Below, piece by piece: positions 48,502 to 59,076 of a DNA stretch of 64,000 nucleotides. The notes below the pieces were generated by a model. The model saw only the letters and a list, made by a program, of their open reading frames with translations. It had not been told where the DNA came from and searched no databases. Position numbers and translations under genes: made by a program. The stretch is from NCBI GenBank assembly GCA_965213705.1, contig OZ243913.1:864001-928000 (forward strand), written 5' to 3'. Numbering within the stretch: position 1 is the stretch's first letter; each line of letters starts with the position of its first letter. The stretch is from Trueperaceae bacterium (GTDB lineage Bacteria > Deinococcota > Deinococci > Deinococcales > Trueperaceae).

Positions 48502-49593
48502 TTAAAGGCCTGTGTAACGCCCGCCGGGCAACACCTTGACCTGGCCTTTGAGTTCCAACATCGTCAGCAGCGGCAGCAGCTCGGCGGCGCTCTTGCCCGC
48601 CGCCGCAACGAGGTCGTCCAGAAGCGGGTTGCCGAGGCGCTGAATCGTCTCGAGCAGCGCCGCTTCTTGCGGGGGTAAGTCCGGCGGGGTGGGTGCCGGG
48701 TGTCGGCTAGAGCCTGCGTCCCAACCCAGTTCGTTCAAAACGTCGTCCACGTCCTGCACGAGCACCGCACCTTGCTTGAGCAGCGATAGCGTGCCGCTAG
48801 AGCGCGGGTCGCCCACGCGCCCCGGCACCGCGAAAACCGTGCGCCCTTCTTCCGAAGCGTAGTCCGCGGTGATGAGCGCGCCCGATTTAGCCCCGGCCTC
48901 GACGACCACGACGCCGCTTGCGAGCCCGTTGATAATCCGGTTGCGGCCCGGAAAGTTGCTCGAGCGCGGCCCGGTCCCGAGCGGGTACTCGCTGACAAGC
49001 GCGCCGCGCCCCGAGAAAATGGTTTTCGCCAAGTCCTGGTTTTGCCGCGGATACACGACGTCCACCCCCGAGCCGAGCACCGCCACGGTCAGCCCGCCGG
49101 GCGCGCTGAGTGCGCCCCGGTGGGCCGCCGTGTCGACGCCGAGCGCCAAGCCCGACACTATCACCACGCCCGCCCCGGCTAAGTCGCGAGCCAGCTGTTC
49201 GGTCAGGCGCAGTGCGTACTCGGACGCGTCGCGCGTGCCCACCATACCGACGGCTTTGGGCTGGGTAGGCAGTTCCCCGCGGACGTACAACACGGACGGT
49301 GGGTCGTAGACGGCTTTCAAACTTTCTGGGTAGCGCGGGTCTTCTAAATGCACGAGCGCCACGTTTAAGCGTTCGGCCCTCAAGACTTCCCGTTCGGGCC
49401 AGTCGCTCTCTTTTGCGCTCAGCACCGCTCGAGCCAGGCTCGGGCCGACTTTTTCGACGGCGAGCAGTTCGTCCTGGGCAGCTTCCAACACCGCCGCCGC
49501 ACTCCCGAAATGCTCGACCAGGAGTTTGATTTTGCGCGGCCCCAACCCCTTGGCGTGGCTGAGGCTGAGGTAAGCGAGGGTGGCGTCGGTCAC
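48502..49593 (-). CDS. dprA: DNA-processing protein DprA
   Basis: YDPP.VLYVRG, VGTR, VSGLALGVD, FPGRNRII, SGALITA. Confidence 0.95.
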   Translation of the reverse strand: MTDATLAYLSLSHAKGLGPRKIKLLVEHFGSAAAVLEAAQDELLAVEKVGPSLARAVLSAKESDWPEREVLRAERLNVALVHLEDPRYPESLKAVYDPPSVLYVRGELPTQPKAVGMVGTRDASEYALRLTEQLARDLAGAGVVIVSGLALGVDTAAHRGALSAPGGLTVAVLGSGVDVVYPRQNQDLAKTIFSGRGALVSEYPLGTGPRSSNFPGRNRIINGLASGVVVVEAGAKSGALITADYASEEGRTVFAVPGRVGDPRSSGTLSLLKQGAVLVQDVDDVLNELGWDAGSSRHPAPTPPDLPPQEAALLETIQRLGNPLLDDLVAAAGKSAAELLPLLTMLELKGQVKVLPGGRYTGL

Positions 49594-49733
49594 GGCGGTT
49601 AGCCTAGCAGGTTTGCTCACGCGGCGCGGGCATAGGGGAGAGAACCGAGTGAAAAGTGAAAAGAGGGTCATTGGTCATTCGTTTTTGGTTACTCGTAAAA
49701 ATTAAAAACGAACGACGAAAAACGTTTCAATCT

Positions 49734-51158
49734 TCAGCCAATCTTCCAGCGGCTCCCCTCCGCCGTGTCCTCGACCTCGACACCGAGTTCGGCCAACCGG
49801 TCGCGAATCGCGTCGGAGGTAGCGAAGTCCCGCCGCGTTCTGGCCGCCTGGCGCTGGGCCAGGACGAGCTCGAGCACGCCGGAAAGCGTTTCTAGACTCG
49901 CTTCTTTGGCCGCGTCTTGCGTTTCACCGAGCACGCCCAACACCGCGCCCAGCGTCTCTTCAAAAAAAGCTTTTGCCGCACTTAAGTAAGCCTGGGACGG
50001 ATTTTTCGCCAGCTCGGTGTTGACCCCGCGCGCGGTGTCGAATAGGGCCGCGACCGCCTGGGGCGTGTTGAGGTCGTCGTTCATGGCGGCGGCAAAAGCG
50101 GCTCGAGCTTTTTCAAACGCCGTTTCGTCGTTACCGTCTGCACGCCGGCTGACCTCGCGGTAGGTCTCAAGCAGGCGCTTCAACCCCTGCGAGGACGCGA
50201 GCAAACTCTCCTCGCTGAAGTCGAGCACGCTGCGGTAGTGGCTGCGGAGGAGGTGAAAGCGCACCGTCAGCGGGTCGTTTGTCTCGAACAGCTCGCTCAG
50301 CGTGACGAAGTGCTGTTTGGACTTCGACATCTTCTCGCCGCCCAACGTAATCATGTTGAAGTGCAGCCAATAGCGCGCGAACGCCTTGCCCGCGCCGTGC
50401 GCCTGGGCCAACTCGCACTCGTGGTGCGGGAACAGCAGGTCCAGCCCGCCGCCGTGGATGTCGAACTCGTCGCCCAAGTACTTTGTACTCATTACCGAGC
50501 ATTCGATGTGCCAGCCCGGATAGCCCTCGCCCCACGGGGACGGCCAGCGCATGATGTGTCCCTCGTCGGCGCGTTTCCACAGCGCGAAGTCGCGCGGGTC
50601 GTCCTTGTCGCCGCGCACCGCGACGCGTGTGCCCTCGACGAGGTCGTCCGGGTTGCGCCCGGAGAGTACCCCGTACTCGGCCCAGGCCGACACGTCGAAG
50701 TAAACGTTGCCGTCCGAGACGTAAGCGAGACCGTTGTCGAGCAGGGTTTGGGTCATCGTAAGCTGCTCGGTGATGTGCCCCGAAGCTCGCGGCGTCACGT
50801 CGGGACGGCGCACCCCCAGTTCGGCGAGCGCGTCGAAGTAAGCCCAAAAGTATTTCTCGGCAATTTCCATCGGCTCGAGCTGTTCGAGCTTGGCTCGTTT
50901 GGCGAGCTTGTCCTCGCCTGTATCAGCGTCGTCGACCAAGTGCCCCACGTCGGTGATGTTCGAGACGAGGCGCACCCTGTAACCTTCGTGCTCCAACCAG
51001 CGCTTCAGGGTGTCGAACACGACGGGGCCGCGCGCGTGGCCCAGGTGTGGCTCGGAGTACACCGTCGGGCCACAAAAATAGATGCCCACCCGCCCCGGTA
51101 TAAGGGGTTCGAACAACTGTTTTTCGCGCGTCAGCGTGTTGTAGAGGTGTAACGACAT
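49734..51158 (-). CDS. cysS: Cysteinyl-tRNA synthetase
   Basis: CGPTVY, HLGH, DFALWK, PGWHIEC, FPHHECE, KMSKS. Confidence 0.97.
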   Translation of the reverse strand: MSLHLYNTLTREKQLFEPLIPGRVGIYFCGPTVYSEPHLGHARGPVVFDTLKRWLEHEGYRVRLVSNITDVGHLVDDADTGEDKLAKRAKLEQLEPMEIAEKYFWAYFDALAELGVRRPDVTPRASGHITEQLTMTQTLLDNGLAYVSDGNVYFDVSAWAEYGVLSGRNPDDLVEGTRVAVRGDKDDPRDFALWKRADEGHIMRWPSPWGEGYPGWHIECSVMSTKYLGDEFDIHGGGLDLLFPHHECELAQAHGAGKAFARYWLHFNMITLGGEKMSKSKQHFVTLSELFETNDPLTVRFHLLRSHYRSVLDFSEESLLASSQGLKRLLETYREVSRRADGNDETAFEKARAAFAAAMNDDLNTPQAVAALFDTARGVNTELAKNPSQAYLSAAKAFFEETLGAVLGVLGETQDAAKEASLETLSGVLELVLAQRQAARTRRDFATSDAIRDRLAELGVEVEDTAEGSRWKIG

Positions 51159-51317
51159 GGCAAGCTCCTCGGCAAAGCGTACTCTAAAGTTCGGGTTGTA
51201 AAGGTTGGAGGTGACCGGTCTACGTTAAGCCCGACATCGCTTCAGGTTGGCTTGGAGAGGCGTGGTCACGCGCCAAGTGTAGCACGCGGAAGTTCGGGGC
51301 GAAGCGGTCGTTCCAAC

Positions 51318-51414
51318 AGTACCGAGTACCGAGTGGACAGTACCGAGTACCGAGTGAACAGTACCGAGTGAGCAATACCGAGTCAAAGCCACTTTCGACG
51401 CTGGACTCGGTACT
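51318..51414. repeat. Longest GTACCGA-type heptamer array (21-nt higher-order unit)
   Basis: (gtaccga gtaccga gtgRaca) x2, gtaccga gtgagca ataccga; short reverse arm actcggtact. Confidence 0.85.
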
Positions 51415-51521
51415 GTTCAAACCCTTGCAAACGCGCCACCGAAATTCGACACCGTGCCCACCCGCTCGGCGTGACAGGTAAGTTAACAAAGGTCGACTCA
51501 GATTATGTATACTGTAGTCTA

Positions 51522-52490
51522 GTGGCAAACGTTTTACGCAACCCTTACGAGGTGCTTGGCATTGAGCGCAGCGCGTCCGCCGACGAGATTAAGGCGGCCT
51601 ACCGGCGCTTGGCGCTGCAAAACCACCCCGACCGCAACCCCGGCGACAGAGCGGCCGAGGAGCGCTTCAAGGAGATTTCCGAGGCCTACGCGACGCTCCG
51701 CGACCCCGAAGCGCGCGAGACCTTCGACCGGTACGGCTCCCGCGGCTCCAGTGCGGGCCGCCCCGACTTCAGCACCGTCGACTGGCAAACCGTGTTTCAA
51801 GAAGCCGACATCAACATCAACTGGGATGTTCGGGGCGGCACCCCGCAGACCGGCAACGTGATGTTCGACGTGCTGTTCGGCTACATGACCGGCATGATGC
51901 GCTCCAACGGCCTGCTGCCCGGCGAGGACCGTACTGCAAGGCTCGAGCTGCCCCTGGACTTTGCCAGGACGGGCGGTGTGCGCCGCGTGCGTGTTCCGGG
52001 ACCGAGCGTGTGCGCCACGTGCCGCGGCAGCGGTTTTGTGGACGGCCAAACGTGCCCCGTGTGCGGCGGTCAGGGCGTCCTGCGCGGCGGCGCGAACGTC
52101 GACGTGACTGTGCCCAAAGGCGTGCGTGACGGGGTCAAGTTGCGCCTGAAGGGTTTGGGCGGACCGGGCGGCCCGCCGGGCGACGCGCTCGTCACCGTGC
52201 ACCTGCGGGTACCGAACAACGTGCGTTTGGCCGGTCAAGACCTCCACGTGGACTTGCCGCTGACCCCGCTGGAAGCCTTGCGCGGCCGCACCGTAAAGGT
52301 CTTCGGCTCGGCTGTGAAGCTGCCGGCGGGGGCCAAAGACGGTACAGAGTTGCGCGTTCCGCAAGGCGGTTTGGCCGGGGGCGACCTTGTGGTGACCGTG
52401 TCGCTCGACGTGTGGCGAGGCTTGTGGCGCAACGTGCAGGACTGGTGGACGACCCTGACAAGTAGCGAAGCGCAACCGCAACAGCCTTAA
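51522..52490 (+). CDS. dnaJ: DnaJ-family co-chaperone with partial zinc finger
   Basis: J domain with HPD; only two CxxCxGxG repeats; DnaJ C-terminal domain. Confidence 0.85.
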   Translation: MANVLRNPYEVLGIERSASADEIKAAYRRLALQNHPDRNPGDRAAEERFKEISEAYATLRDPEARETFDRYGSRGSSAGRPDFSTVDWQTVFQEADININWDVRGGTPQTGNVMFDVLFGYMTGMMRSNGLLPGEDRTARLELPLDFARTGGVRRVRVPGPSVCATCRGSGFVDGQTCPVCGGQGVLRGGANVDVTVPKGVRDGVKLRLKGLGGPGGPPGDALVTVHLRVPNNVRLAGQDLHVDLPLTPLEALRGRTVKVFGSAVKLPAGAKDGTELRVPQGGLAGGDLVVTVSLDVWRGLWRNVQDWWTTLTSSEAQPQQP

Positions 52491-52499
52491 AGGAGAGCG

Positions 52500-52922
52500 A
52501 TGCCGAACGAAACAAAAGACAAACAAACGGCGACCGGCGAAAAAGACCGACCTCTTTACGTTATCAGCGTGGCGGCCGAACTCGTCGACATGCACCCGCA
52601 GACCTTGCGGCTTTACGAACGCAAAGGTCTTATCGAGCCGAGCCGCAGCGCGGGCAAGACGCGGCTTTATTCACAACGCGATATCGAACACCTTCAAGAG
52701 ATTCGCCGCCTCACCCAGGAGTTGGGCGTAAACTTGGCGGGGGTCGAAGAGATTATTCGCTTGCGCCGCAAACTCGACACCTTGCAGGGCAACATGGAAC
52801 GCAACATAGAAGGCTTGCAGCGGCGGCTCGAGCGCAGTATGACGTCCTACCGCGGCGCGTTGGAAGCGCCCGACGACCCCGGTGACAGTCCCGGTGACAG
52901 TGACGAATCGTCCGTTGACTGA
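52500..52922 (+). CDS. hspR: Heat-shock repressor HspR (MerR family)
   Basis: [29 protein letters not shown]. Confidence 0.92.
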   Translation: MPNETKDKQTATGEKDRPLYVISVAAELVDMHPQTLRLYERKGLIEPSRSAGKTRLYSQRDIEHLQEIRRLTQELGVNLAGVEEIIRLRRKLDTLQGNMERNIEGLQRRLERSMTSYRGALEAPDDPGDSPGDSDESSVD

Positions 52923-52954
52923 CCCCCGAAGGACGTGCTAGCCTCTTTAAGCTC

Positions 52955-53029
<75 letters not shown>

Positions 53030-53050
53030 AAAGAAACAGCGTTCACCACG

Positions 53051-53094
53051 AAGACACTGCCACTTGACATAGTTTCATCAAGTGGCAGTGTCTT
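53051..53094 (+). terminator. 17-bp hairpin after tRNA-Cys
   Basis: aagacactgccacttga / tcaagtggcagtgtctt. Confidence 0.6.
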
Positions 53095-53196
53095 TGGCTT
53101 CCCTCTGTTACTTGACGCCCAACGCCCGTATAACGTAACTTTTACGTAAGCGTTTAAAAGTTGCCGAGCAGGTTCAAAAGCCGTAAGGAGGTGTCC

Positions 53197-53376
53197 GTGA
53201 GGTCGACCTTGGAGGATGCGCAACAGCTCGAGGTTTCGTCTGCAACCGTTCCCAGGGCCCTGAACGGAAAAACCGGGGTTTCGGGAGAACACCGCAGCGC
53301 GTTTTTGAGGTGGCGAACGAACTCGGCCTTTCCCGAACTTGACGGCTCGAGATACCCCGAGGAGGCCGTAGCGTGA
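53197..53376 (+). pseudogene. LacI-family regulator remnant (HTH only)
   Basis: AAGGAGG RBS; STLEDAQQLEVSSATVPRALNGKTGVS is a degenerate LacI HTH; no sugar-binding domain follows. Confidence 0.7.
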
Positions 53377-54095
53377 AACGCTCGCAGGTGAACAAGGTTA
53401 TCGGCGAAGCGCTCGTTTTTTGTCAGGAGCGGAACTTTTTGCTGCCCCCCTTCGCCCACTGGACCCTGAGCGACTGGCTCGCTAACCACGAGGCCTACCA
53501 GGAAATCGTCGACAACCAGATGGGCTGGGACATCACCGACTTCGCCAGCGGGGATTTTGCCAAGGTCGGCGCGCTCATCTTCGTCCTGCGCAACGGCAAC
53601 TCCAACAATCCCGCTTACCCTAAGCCTTACTGCGAAAAAATCCTGATTCAGGCCGAGGGCCAACTGTTGCCCACCCATTTCCACTGGAAAAAAATGGAGG
53701 ACATCGTCAACCGGGGCGGCGGCACGCTGTTAGTAGCGCTGCACAACGCGCTCAGCGACGAGGCGCTTGACCCCGCCACCCCCGTCACCGTGACGATGGA
53801 CGGCAGGAGCGTAAAGGTTCCGGCGGGTGAGCCCCTCGAGGTGGGGCCGGGCGAAAGCGTCACGCTGACCCCCAGACAGTTTCACAGCTTCTGGGTGAAG
53901 CCGGGCAGCGGGAAAGTTTTGCTGGGTGAGGTGTCCACCGTTGCCGACGAAGAAGCGGATAACAACTTCCCCGACCACCACGGCCGCCTGCCCGACATCG
54001 AAGAGGACGAGGCGCCCAGACACCTGCTTTTTAAAGACTACGTCCTACTGAAAAACCCCGACGCCTGGCCCGACGCTTGGAAAGATGCCGGCTGA
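53373..54095 (+). CDS. D-lyxose/D-mannose family sugar isomerase (cupin)
   Basis: MKRSQVN, LPPFA, GWDITDF, YCEK, PTHFHWKKMEDIVNRGGG, GEVS. Confidence 0.88.
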   Translation: MKRSQVNKVIGEALVFCQERNFLLPPFAHWTLSDWLANHEAYQEIVDNQMGWDITDFASGDFAKVGALIFVLRNGNSNNPAYPKPYCEKILIQAEGQLLPTHFHWKKMEDIVNRGGGTLLVALHNALSDEALDPATPVTVTMDGRSVKVPAGEPLEVGPGESVTLTPRQFHSFWVKPGSGKVLLGEVSTVADEEADNNFPDHHGRLPDIEEDEAPRHLLFKDYVLLKNPDAWPDAWKDAG

Positions 54096-54392
54096 AGCGC
54101 CAGCGCACCTTGTTCACACTTTCCTCGAGAAGTTGCAAACCCTTTGTCGGTGCAGCCGGACGACGCCAACGCATCCCCTGAAGACGGTCACCCAACATAA
54201 ATCTGTCCTACAGTGTCGAGGCCACGATTCTTCGACAATGAAGGCAGTTTTACGCCGAAGACAGGGTCACGCGCTCCTGAGCCTCCGTGTCTTTTTGTCA
54301 CCCGGTCCGGGATGAGAACAGTTCAAACTCGGTTCGTGACTTTCCAAACCTTCCCTCACGAAGGTGCAACCCTCACAAACAAAGGAGAACAT

Positions 54393-54668
54393 ATGGCAGC
54401 TCTTCCCGACGAACAGCTTGAGATTCTCAAACTGCTTGCGGCAGACCCTCAGCAAAACACCCTCGTCGAAAACGCGCCGGAGCAGAGTTGGTACGTTTAT
54501 GAGTTTACCGAGCAGCCACCGCGCATTACCGACGTGCGGCGGGATGTAGCCGCCGCCCTTCGAGACTATGTTGAGCGCGTCGAGCCCGGCCTGCAAAGAA
54601 AAGACTTACCCGCTACCTACACGGTTTACACGCTTTCCGACTTGGGCAAAGACATTGTGAGTTCTTAA
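54393..54668 (+). CDS. Small hypothetical protein
   Basis: AAAGGAG RBS; 91 aa; genome-like codon usage. Confidence 0.6.
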   Translation: MAALPDEQLEILKLLAADPQQNTLVENAPEQSWYVYEFTEQPPRITDVRRDVAAALRDYVERVEPGLQRKDLPATYTVYTLSDLGKDIVSS

Positions 54669-54810
54669 AACCGTCAGTGTCAGCTGTTCAGGGCAACCCC
54701 AGCACCACGAACTCGCTTAGGAGGAGGCAACGTCAAAAAAGGCTCTTGCGTTTCCCTCACCCTTGGCGGTGAAGTCTGACGCCGTTCGGTTTCACCCTAC
54801 CGGATAAAAC

Positions 54811-55003
54811 TAACCCTTTCGTTTGATTCCGAGGAATTGAACGTGAGCAGGCAGTCCTGAGCCGTTGGAAACCGCCAACGCTTTCCAAGCGCTCAGCGAT
54901 GATGGTCACTGCACAGGGTTCGGGACCCTGTGCAGTGACCACGAATAAAAGACAAAAGCGAAAAACTTTTCCAAAGTTTATAAGCTGTAATACCGGAATC
55001 CTT
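54811..55003. mobile_element. SNR-like repeat / putative IS630-type MITE, copy 4, with nested module and fold-back
   Basis: accctttcg...cagtcctgagcc...ggttcgggac...aagctgtaataccggaatcc. Confidence 0.7.
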
Positions 55004-55145
55004 GTCGGCTTGCGAATTCTGGCCGTGACAACCTTGTCAAGCCGTAGGTTTGTGGTCGAACAGCCCGCCGACTCGAAAGACACAGGGCGTCAACCCTCGA
55101 GCAAAACGGGTAGACTCATGTTGGGGCGGCGAGAGAGCAGGAGCG

Positions 55146-56291
55146 ATGAACCTAGCCGACCCCGGTATCCGCCAGCACGAGCAAGACGACCGGCAAGGCC
55201 GCACCTACGCCGAAGCACTTGTCGACACCCTGCAAGAAGGTCTGCTGGTTTTGGACGCCGACCTAAACGTCGAAACGGCCAACGCCTCGTTTTACAACAT
55301 GTTCGGGGTCGACGAGGCCGAAACCGCAAACAAACGCGTCTTCGACCTGGGCAACGGCCAGTGGGACATTCCCGAGCTGCGGCGGCTGCTCGAAGAGGTG
55401 CTGTCCAAAGACAAGACCGTCGCAGGCTTCGAGGTGACCCACACTTTTGAAACCATCGGTCGGCGCGTCATGGTGCTGAACGCCCGGCGACTCGACCACA
55501 TGCAGCTCGTGTTGACCTTCACCGACACGACCGAGACCAACGCGGCGCAAACGGCGCTTGCCGCGTTGAACGACACGCTCGAGGCCAAGGTTACCGCGCG
55601 CACCCTTGACCTAGCGCGCAGCGATTTGCGCTTCCGCCGCGCTTTCGAGATGGGTCCGGTCGCCGCCGCCATGACCACGCTGGACGACGAGCACTTTACA
55701 GACGTCAACGACAGCTTTTTGCAGCTGACCGGCTACTGCCGGAACGAGGTCGTCGGCCACAGCGCTGGCGAACTGGGCATGTGGTCGAGCCGCGAGGACC
55801 GGAGCAAGCTCGAGGTCGCCGAGCGAGCGGGCGGTTTTCGTGAACTGCAGCTCAAAATCACAGACAAAGCCGGAATAACCAGAGACGTTTCGGCGTCGGG
55901 CGAGCTTATCCGCACCGACGGGCACGAGGGCTGGTTGAAGATGTTCGTGGACGTGACCGACAAAAAGCGCAGCGAAGAGGAACTGCTGCGGGCCATTGAT
56001 GAAGTCATGCGCGACACGGGCTGGTTCAGCCGCAGTGTGGTCGAGAAGCTCGCCAACCTGCGGGCTCGAGCCCAGGACCTTCCTTCAACCGAAATCCAAG
56101 ACCTTACCGGGCGCGAACGCCAGGTGCTCGGGAAAATAGCGCAGGGCTTAAGCAACGACCAAATTGCCGAGACCCTTGCCATCAGCCGAAACACGGTACG
56201 CAACTACGTCGCGAACGTGTACGGCAAACTCGGCGTGTCCTCCCGCGCCGAGGCGGTGGTGTGGGCGCGCGAGCGGGGTATCGTGAGCTAG
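55146..56291 (+). CDS. PAS-PAS-LuxR HTH transcriptional regulator
   Basis: Two PAS domains (LGNGQWDIPELR; VNDSFLQLTGY); LTGRERQVL...GLSNDQIA...KLGV. Confidence 0.9.
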   Translation: MNLADPGIRQHEQDDRQGRTYAEALVDTLQEGLLVLDADLNVETANASFYNMFGVDEAETANKRVFDLGNGQWDIPELRRLLEEVLSKDKTVAGFEVTHTFETIGRRVMVLNARRLDHMQLVLTFTDTTETNAAQTALAALNDTLEAKVTARTLDLARSDLRFRRAFEMGPVAAAMTTLDDEHFTDVNDSFLQLTGYCRNEVVGHSAGELGMWSSREDRSKLEVAERAGGFRELQLKITDKAGITRDVSASGELIRTDGHEGWLKMFVDVTDKKRSEEELLRAIDEVMRDTGWFSRSVVEKLANLRARAQDLPSTEIQDLTGRERQVLGKIAQGLSNDQIAETLAISRNTVRNYVANVYGKLGVSSRAEAVVWARERGIVS

Positions 56292-56593
56292 AAGCTCAGC
56301 CGCGGCTATACGTGCCTTGACGCGTTCGGGTTGGTGGCTGACGCGCTCACGTCGGACGGTTGGGCTTTGCTTTTCGGTCGTCAAGGTCGTCGGGGCGGCG
56401 GTCGGCAAACGGTCGGCCCGAGCGGCGAGTTGATTGGGGAAACTACCGCCTTGTCTCGGTGTTCTCAGGCGTGACCGCCCTCGCACACTTCCCAAAGTAC
56501 CCGCAGCGTGGTGGGGTTAGGATGAAAAGGAAAAGGCCCCGCCCGACACCTACGTCGGTTTGGTGGGCACGCTGCAGCTACCTCAATGACGGG

Positions 56594-57040
56594 ATGGTCA
56601 AAGCTATCTACCTGCGTCACGCAACTCTGGCCGACCTGGCCGCGCTCGAGGTTCTTGAGCAAACGTTTCCCGGCGACCGTCTATCGCGCCGCGGTTTGCG
56701 TCACCTGCTGACCCGCGCCAACGCCGCCGTGCTCGTCGCGGAGCAAGACACCCTGCTGGGCGACGCCGTCGTGCTGTTTCGAAAAGGCTCGAGCCGCGCC
56801 CGCCTCTACTCGCTCGTCGTCGCCCCGGAAGCGCGGGGGCGAGGTTTGGGAGCAAGGCTGTTGAACGAGGTCGAGACGGAAGCTCGAGCGCGGGGTTGCA
56901 CCAAACTGAGGCTCGAGGTCCGCGAGGACAACGTAGCCGCCACCCGTCTTTACGAACGTGCCGGGTTTCAACACGCAGGCCGCGTGGACGACTACTACGA
57001 AGACCACGCTGGTGCTGTGAAGATGGTTAAAAATTTGTAG
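56594..57040 (+). CDS. GNAT (RimI-like) N-acetyltransferase
   Basis: DRLSRR, LYSLVV, RGRGLG, LEVREDN, LYERAGF, DYYED. Confidence 0.88.
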   Translation: MVKAIYLRHATLADLAALEVLEQTFPGDRLSRRGLRHLLTRANAAVLVAEQDTLLGDAVVLFRKGSSRARLYSLVVAPEARGRGLGARLLNEVETEARARGCTKLRLEVREDNVAATRLYERAGFQHAGRVDDYYEDHAGAVKMVKNL

Positions 57041-57121
57041 GGGCGGCTCGAGAGTTTGTTGGAACTTTTCAAATTTCACTCAAACCGCACTTGTTTACCG
57101 CGTATCTCGGTGTACTGTAGC

Positions 57122-57247
57122 TAATACGGATTGCGATAATACGCTAAATAAACTCGGTAGAGATACTCCGCTCCTTACTGCAATCCGTATTTTTCTTCTC
57201 GTTACACTCGGGTTTATTCCTTTAGGAATAAACCGGAAACGGTATGA
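57122..57247. mobile_element. SNR-like repeat / putative IS630-type MITE, copy 5 (divergent subfamily)
   Basis: atacggattgc...aatccgtatttttcttctcg...ctcggg...ccggaaacggtatga. Confidence 0.75.
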
Positions 57248-57249
57248 GG

Positions 57250-57528
57250 ATGAACAGAAAACGAGACACGGCGCTGACCGTGGCGGCCATTTTAAGTTTT
57301 GCCGTCATTCACTTTGCCGCGAGTTTTTCCGTGGCGTTCGTCGGGGGCATCTTGGGCGGCGCTTACGTGGTAGCGGGCTACATCCTTCTGTTTCCCCTGT
57401 CGCTTTGGCAAGGGCCGGACAGTGCAGTGCTGGGCTGGTTGGGCTGGGCGCTCACCAGTTTGGTGTGGGGCTGGGGACTGTACACGCTGAGTCTCTTTTT
57501 GGCGCAGTCGCTGAGGCGTAAAGCTTAA
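57250..57528 (+). CDS. Small membrane protein
   Basis: About 3 hydrophobic segments. Confidence 0.6.
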   Translation: MNRKRDTALTVAAILSFAVIHFAASFSVAFVGGILGGAYVVAGYILLFPLSLWQGPDSAVLGWLGWALTSLVWGWGLYTLSLFLAQSLRRKA

Positions 57529-57548
57529 AAAACAGCTTGCAGAAACAG

Positions 57549-58208
57549 TCACGAAGCTACCGGAAGACGCTTCGCTCGTCTGAACAACCTTATCAAGAAG
57601 AACCCAAACATCATCAGGAAGCCGTAGAAGTACATAATGGAGGGCCAAAAAAAGTAAACACCGAGCGCGAAGAACGAGACCAGCGGCACGACCGCCGCGC
57701 GCAGCATGATGTAGCGCACTTGTGCGGGCTCGAGCGCGGAGTCAATCAAGCGGTGCTTGTGCGACGCGTATCCCCACAACAGCATGTTGACCAGGCCGAG
57801 GAGCGCGACGCACGAAGTATAAAAAGTCATGGTGACGGGTTGGAACAGCGAACGTGCGACGATGGCACTCGGCACGGGCAAAAAAGCGATTACGAGCAAA
57901 AAGACCAGGTTGAGCCACAGCAGCGTGTTGTCCCCCCGTTTGATAAGTCGGAACATACGGTGGTGAACAATCCAGTAAATGCCGATAATTAGAAAGCTCT
58001 GAACAAAAGCCAAGACGGAAGGTGTTATCGTTGCCAGGAGCGGCCAGAACTGGTCCGCGACAACCTCCGGTTCGGCCTCGGGAAAGCGAATCTCCAAGGC
58101 CAACAGCGTAATCGCGATGGCGAAGACCCCGTCGCTGAAGGCGTACAGACGCGGTAAGTCGACTTCTGAAACGTCCTCAGCGGGAGGTTGACCGGGCGCT
58201 GGCTTCAT
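57549..58208 (-). CDS. TMEM175 family (DUF1211) potassium channel
   Basis: RLYAFSDGVFAIAITLL; YWIVHH; LNLVFL. Confidence 0.9.
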   Translation of the reverse strand: MKPAPGQPPAEDVSEVDLPRLYAFSDGVFAIAITLLALEIRFPEAEPEVVADQFWPLLATITPSVLAFVQSFLIIGIYWIVHHRMFRLIKRGDNTLLWLNLVFLLVIAFLPVPSAIVARSLFQPVTMTFYTSCVALLGLVNMLLWGYASHKHRLIDSALEPAQVRYIMLRAAVVPLVSFFALGVYFFWPSIMYFYGFLMMFGFFLIRLFRRAKRLPVAS

Positions 58209-58216
58209 GGGCCAGT

Positions 58217-58405
58217 CTATCCTAACCCAGTGTGGCACCCGGTCGAGCTCTGAGTTGTAAAGACGGCTATCCAAAAGTCTATGTCACCCGTCGCGCGCGG
58301 GTAGCCGTGATAACCGACTGCGTAACCGCCGACCAGCAGATACTCAGCGCTTTTGGAGTTCAGCAACTGCAAAAACTCTTTGAAGTCGGGCGGTAGTTGG
58401 GTCAT
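58217..58405 (-). pseudogene. Truncated nucleotidyltransferase (DUF6036-like)
   Basis: DFKEFL.LLN....YLLVGGYAV..HGYPRATGDIDFW, then a stop after 62 aa. Confidence 0.7.
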
Positions 58406-58556
58406 AGCTATAGTTCAACTGACGCAAAAGTTCGACGGTTCGCAAACGCTCCTGAGGCGTTTTCGCCCACCAAAAGGTTTTATCGTCCGGTTCATCCTCG
58501 AGGGAAACCACAGAAAAAGCTGTTTTATCTACCTTGACTGTCGAGATGGCGTTCAT
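58344..58556 (-). CDS. Small protein coupled to the nucleotidyltransferase fragment (antitoxin-like)
   Basis: 70 aa, FW..KTPQERL..E.LR; overlaps the NTase start. Confidence 0.6.
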   Translation of the reverse strand: MNAISTVKVDKTAFSVVSLEDEPDDKTFWWAKTPQERLRTVELLRQLNYSYDPTTARLQRVFAVAELQKR

Positions 58557-58683
58557 ACTTTCAATCTCTTGTTGATTGTACAGCTTTTTGTTGAGTTGCG
58601 GCTCGAGCGATAAATCATTCGTTCGTCAAAAAGTTATGGGCAATTCAGCGTCCTTTGCAGTGCTTAGGTGGGGTAAAAATAGC

Positions 58684-59025
58684 TTACATCATGCCATAAA
58701 AATAGTTGGGGACAGACGCCTGCCGCCATTTAGCAAAAATGACACCAAGTTCTTTTGGGGTAACCGAAATATAATCCTGCCAGACATCTTGTCGCCCGTG
58801 GGGATAACCGAGCAAGTTATTGATAGAATTGTTGATGGCGAGAACGACTTCTTCTGAATCTTCGTTAACGTTCGGCCAATCATCAACTACCTGCCTAACT
58901 TCTTGACGGTACAGGCCGAACAAAATATGGAACTCCCAATCGGGGAAAAATGGTCCTTTTGCCGCTGCTGTAAGGCACTCAAGAATAACTTGCTGCTCGT
59001 CTTTACTTAGGTCACTAATTGCCAT
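58684..59025 (-). CDS. Hypothetical protein (low GC)
   Basis: GAGGAG RBS before ATG 59025; GPFFPDWEFH..FG...NNLLGYPHG. Confidence 0.7.
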   Translation of the reverse strand: MAISDLSKDEQQVILECLTAAAKGPFFPDWEFHILFGLYRQEVRQVVDDWPNVNEDSEEVVLAINNSINNLLGYPHGRQDVWQDYISVTPKELGVIFAKWRQASVPNYFYGMM

Positions 59026-59076
59026 GATCTCCTCAAAAACTTTACCTCGAGAAATGTTCACGCCCTAACAAACGCT

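Noticed and set aside
51318..51383. Possible CRISPR array
   Set aside because: Contiguous 7/21-nt tandem units with no unique spacers and no cas genes in the window.
51478..51505. HspR HAIR operator upstream of dnaJ
   Set aside because: Only a partial half-site (actcag); no CTTGAGT-N7-ACTCAAG match.
52880..52903. 12-nt duplication in the hspR tail
   Set aside because: Trivial low-complexity PGDS repeat.
58620..59070. Integron cassette (GTTAGGGC before the 58684-59025 gene)
   Set aside because: No complete attC palindrome and no integrase in the window.
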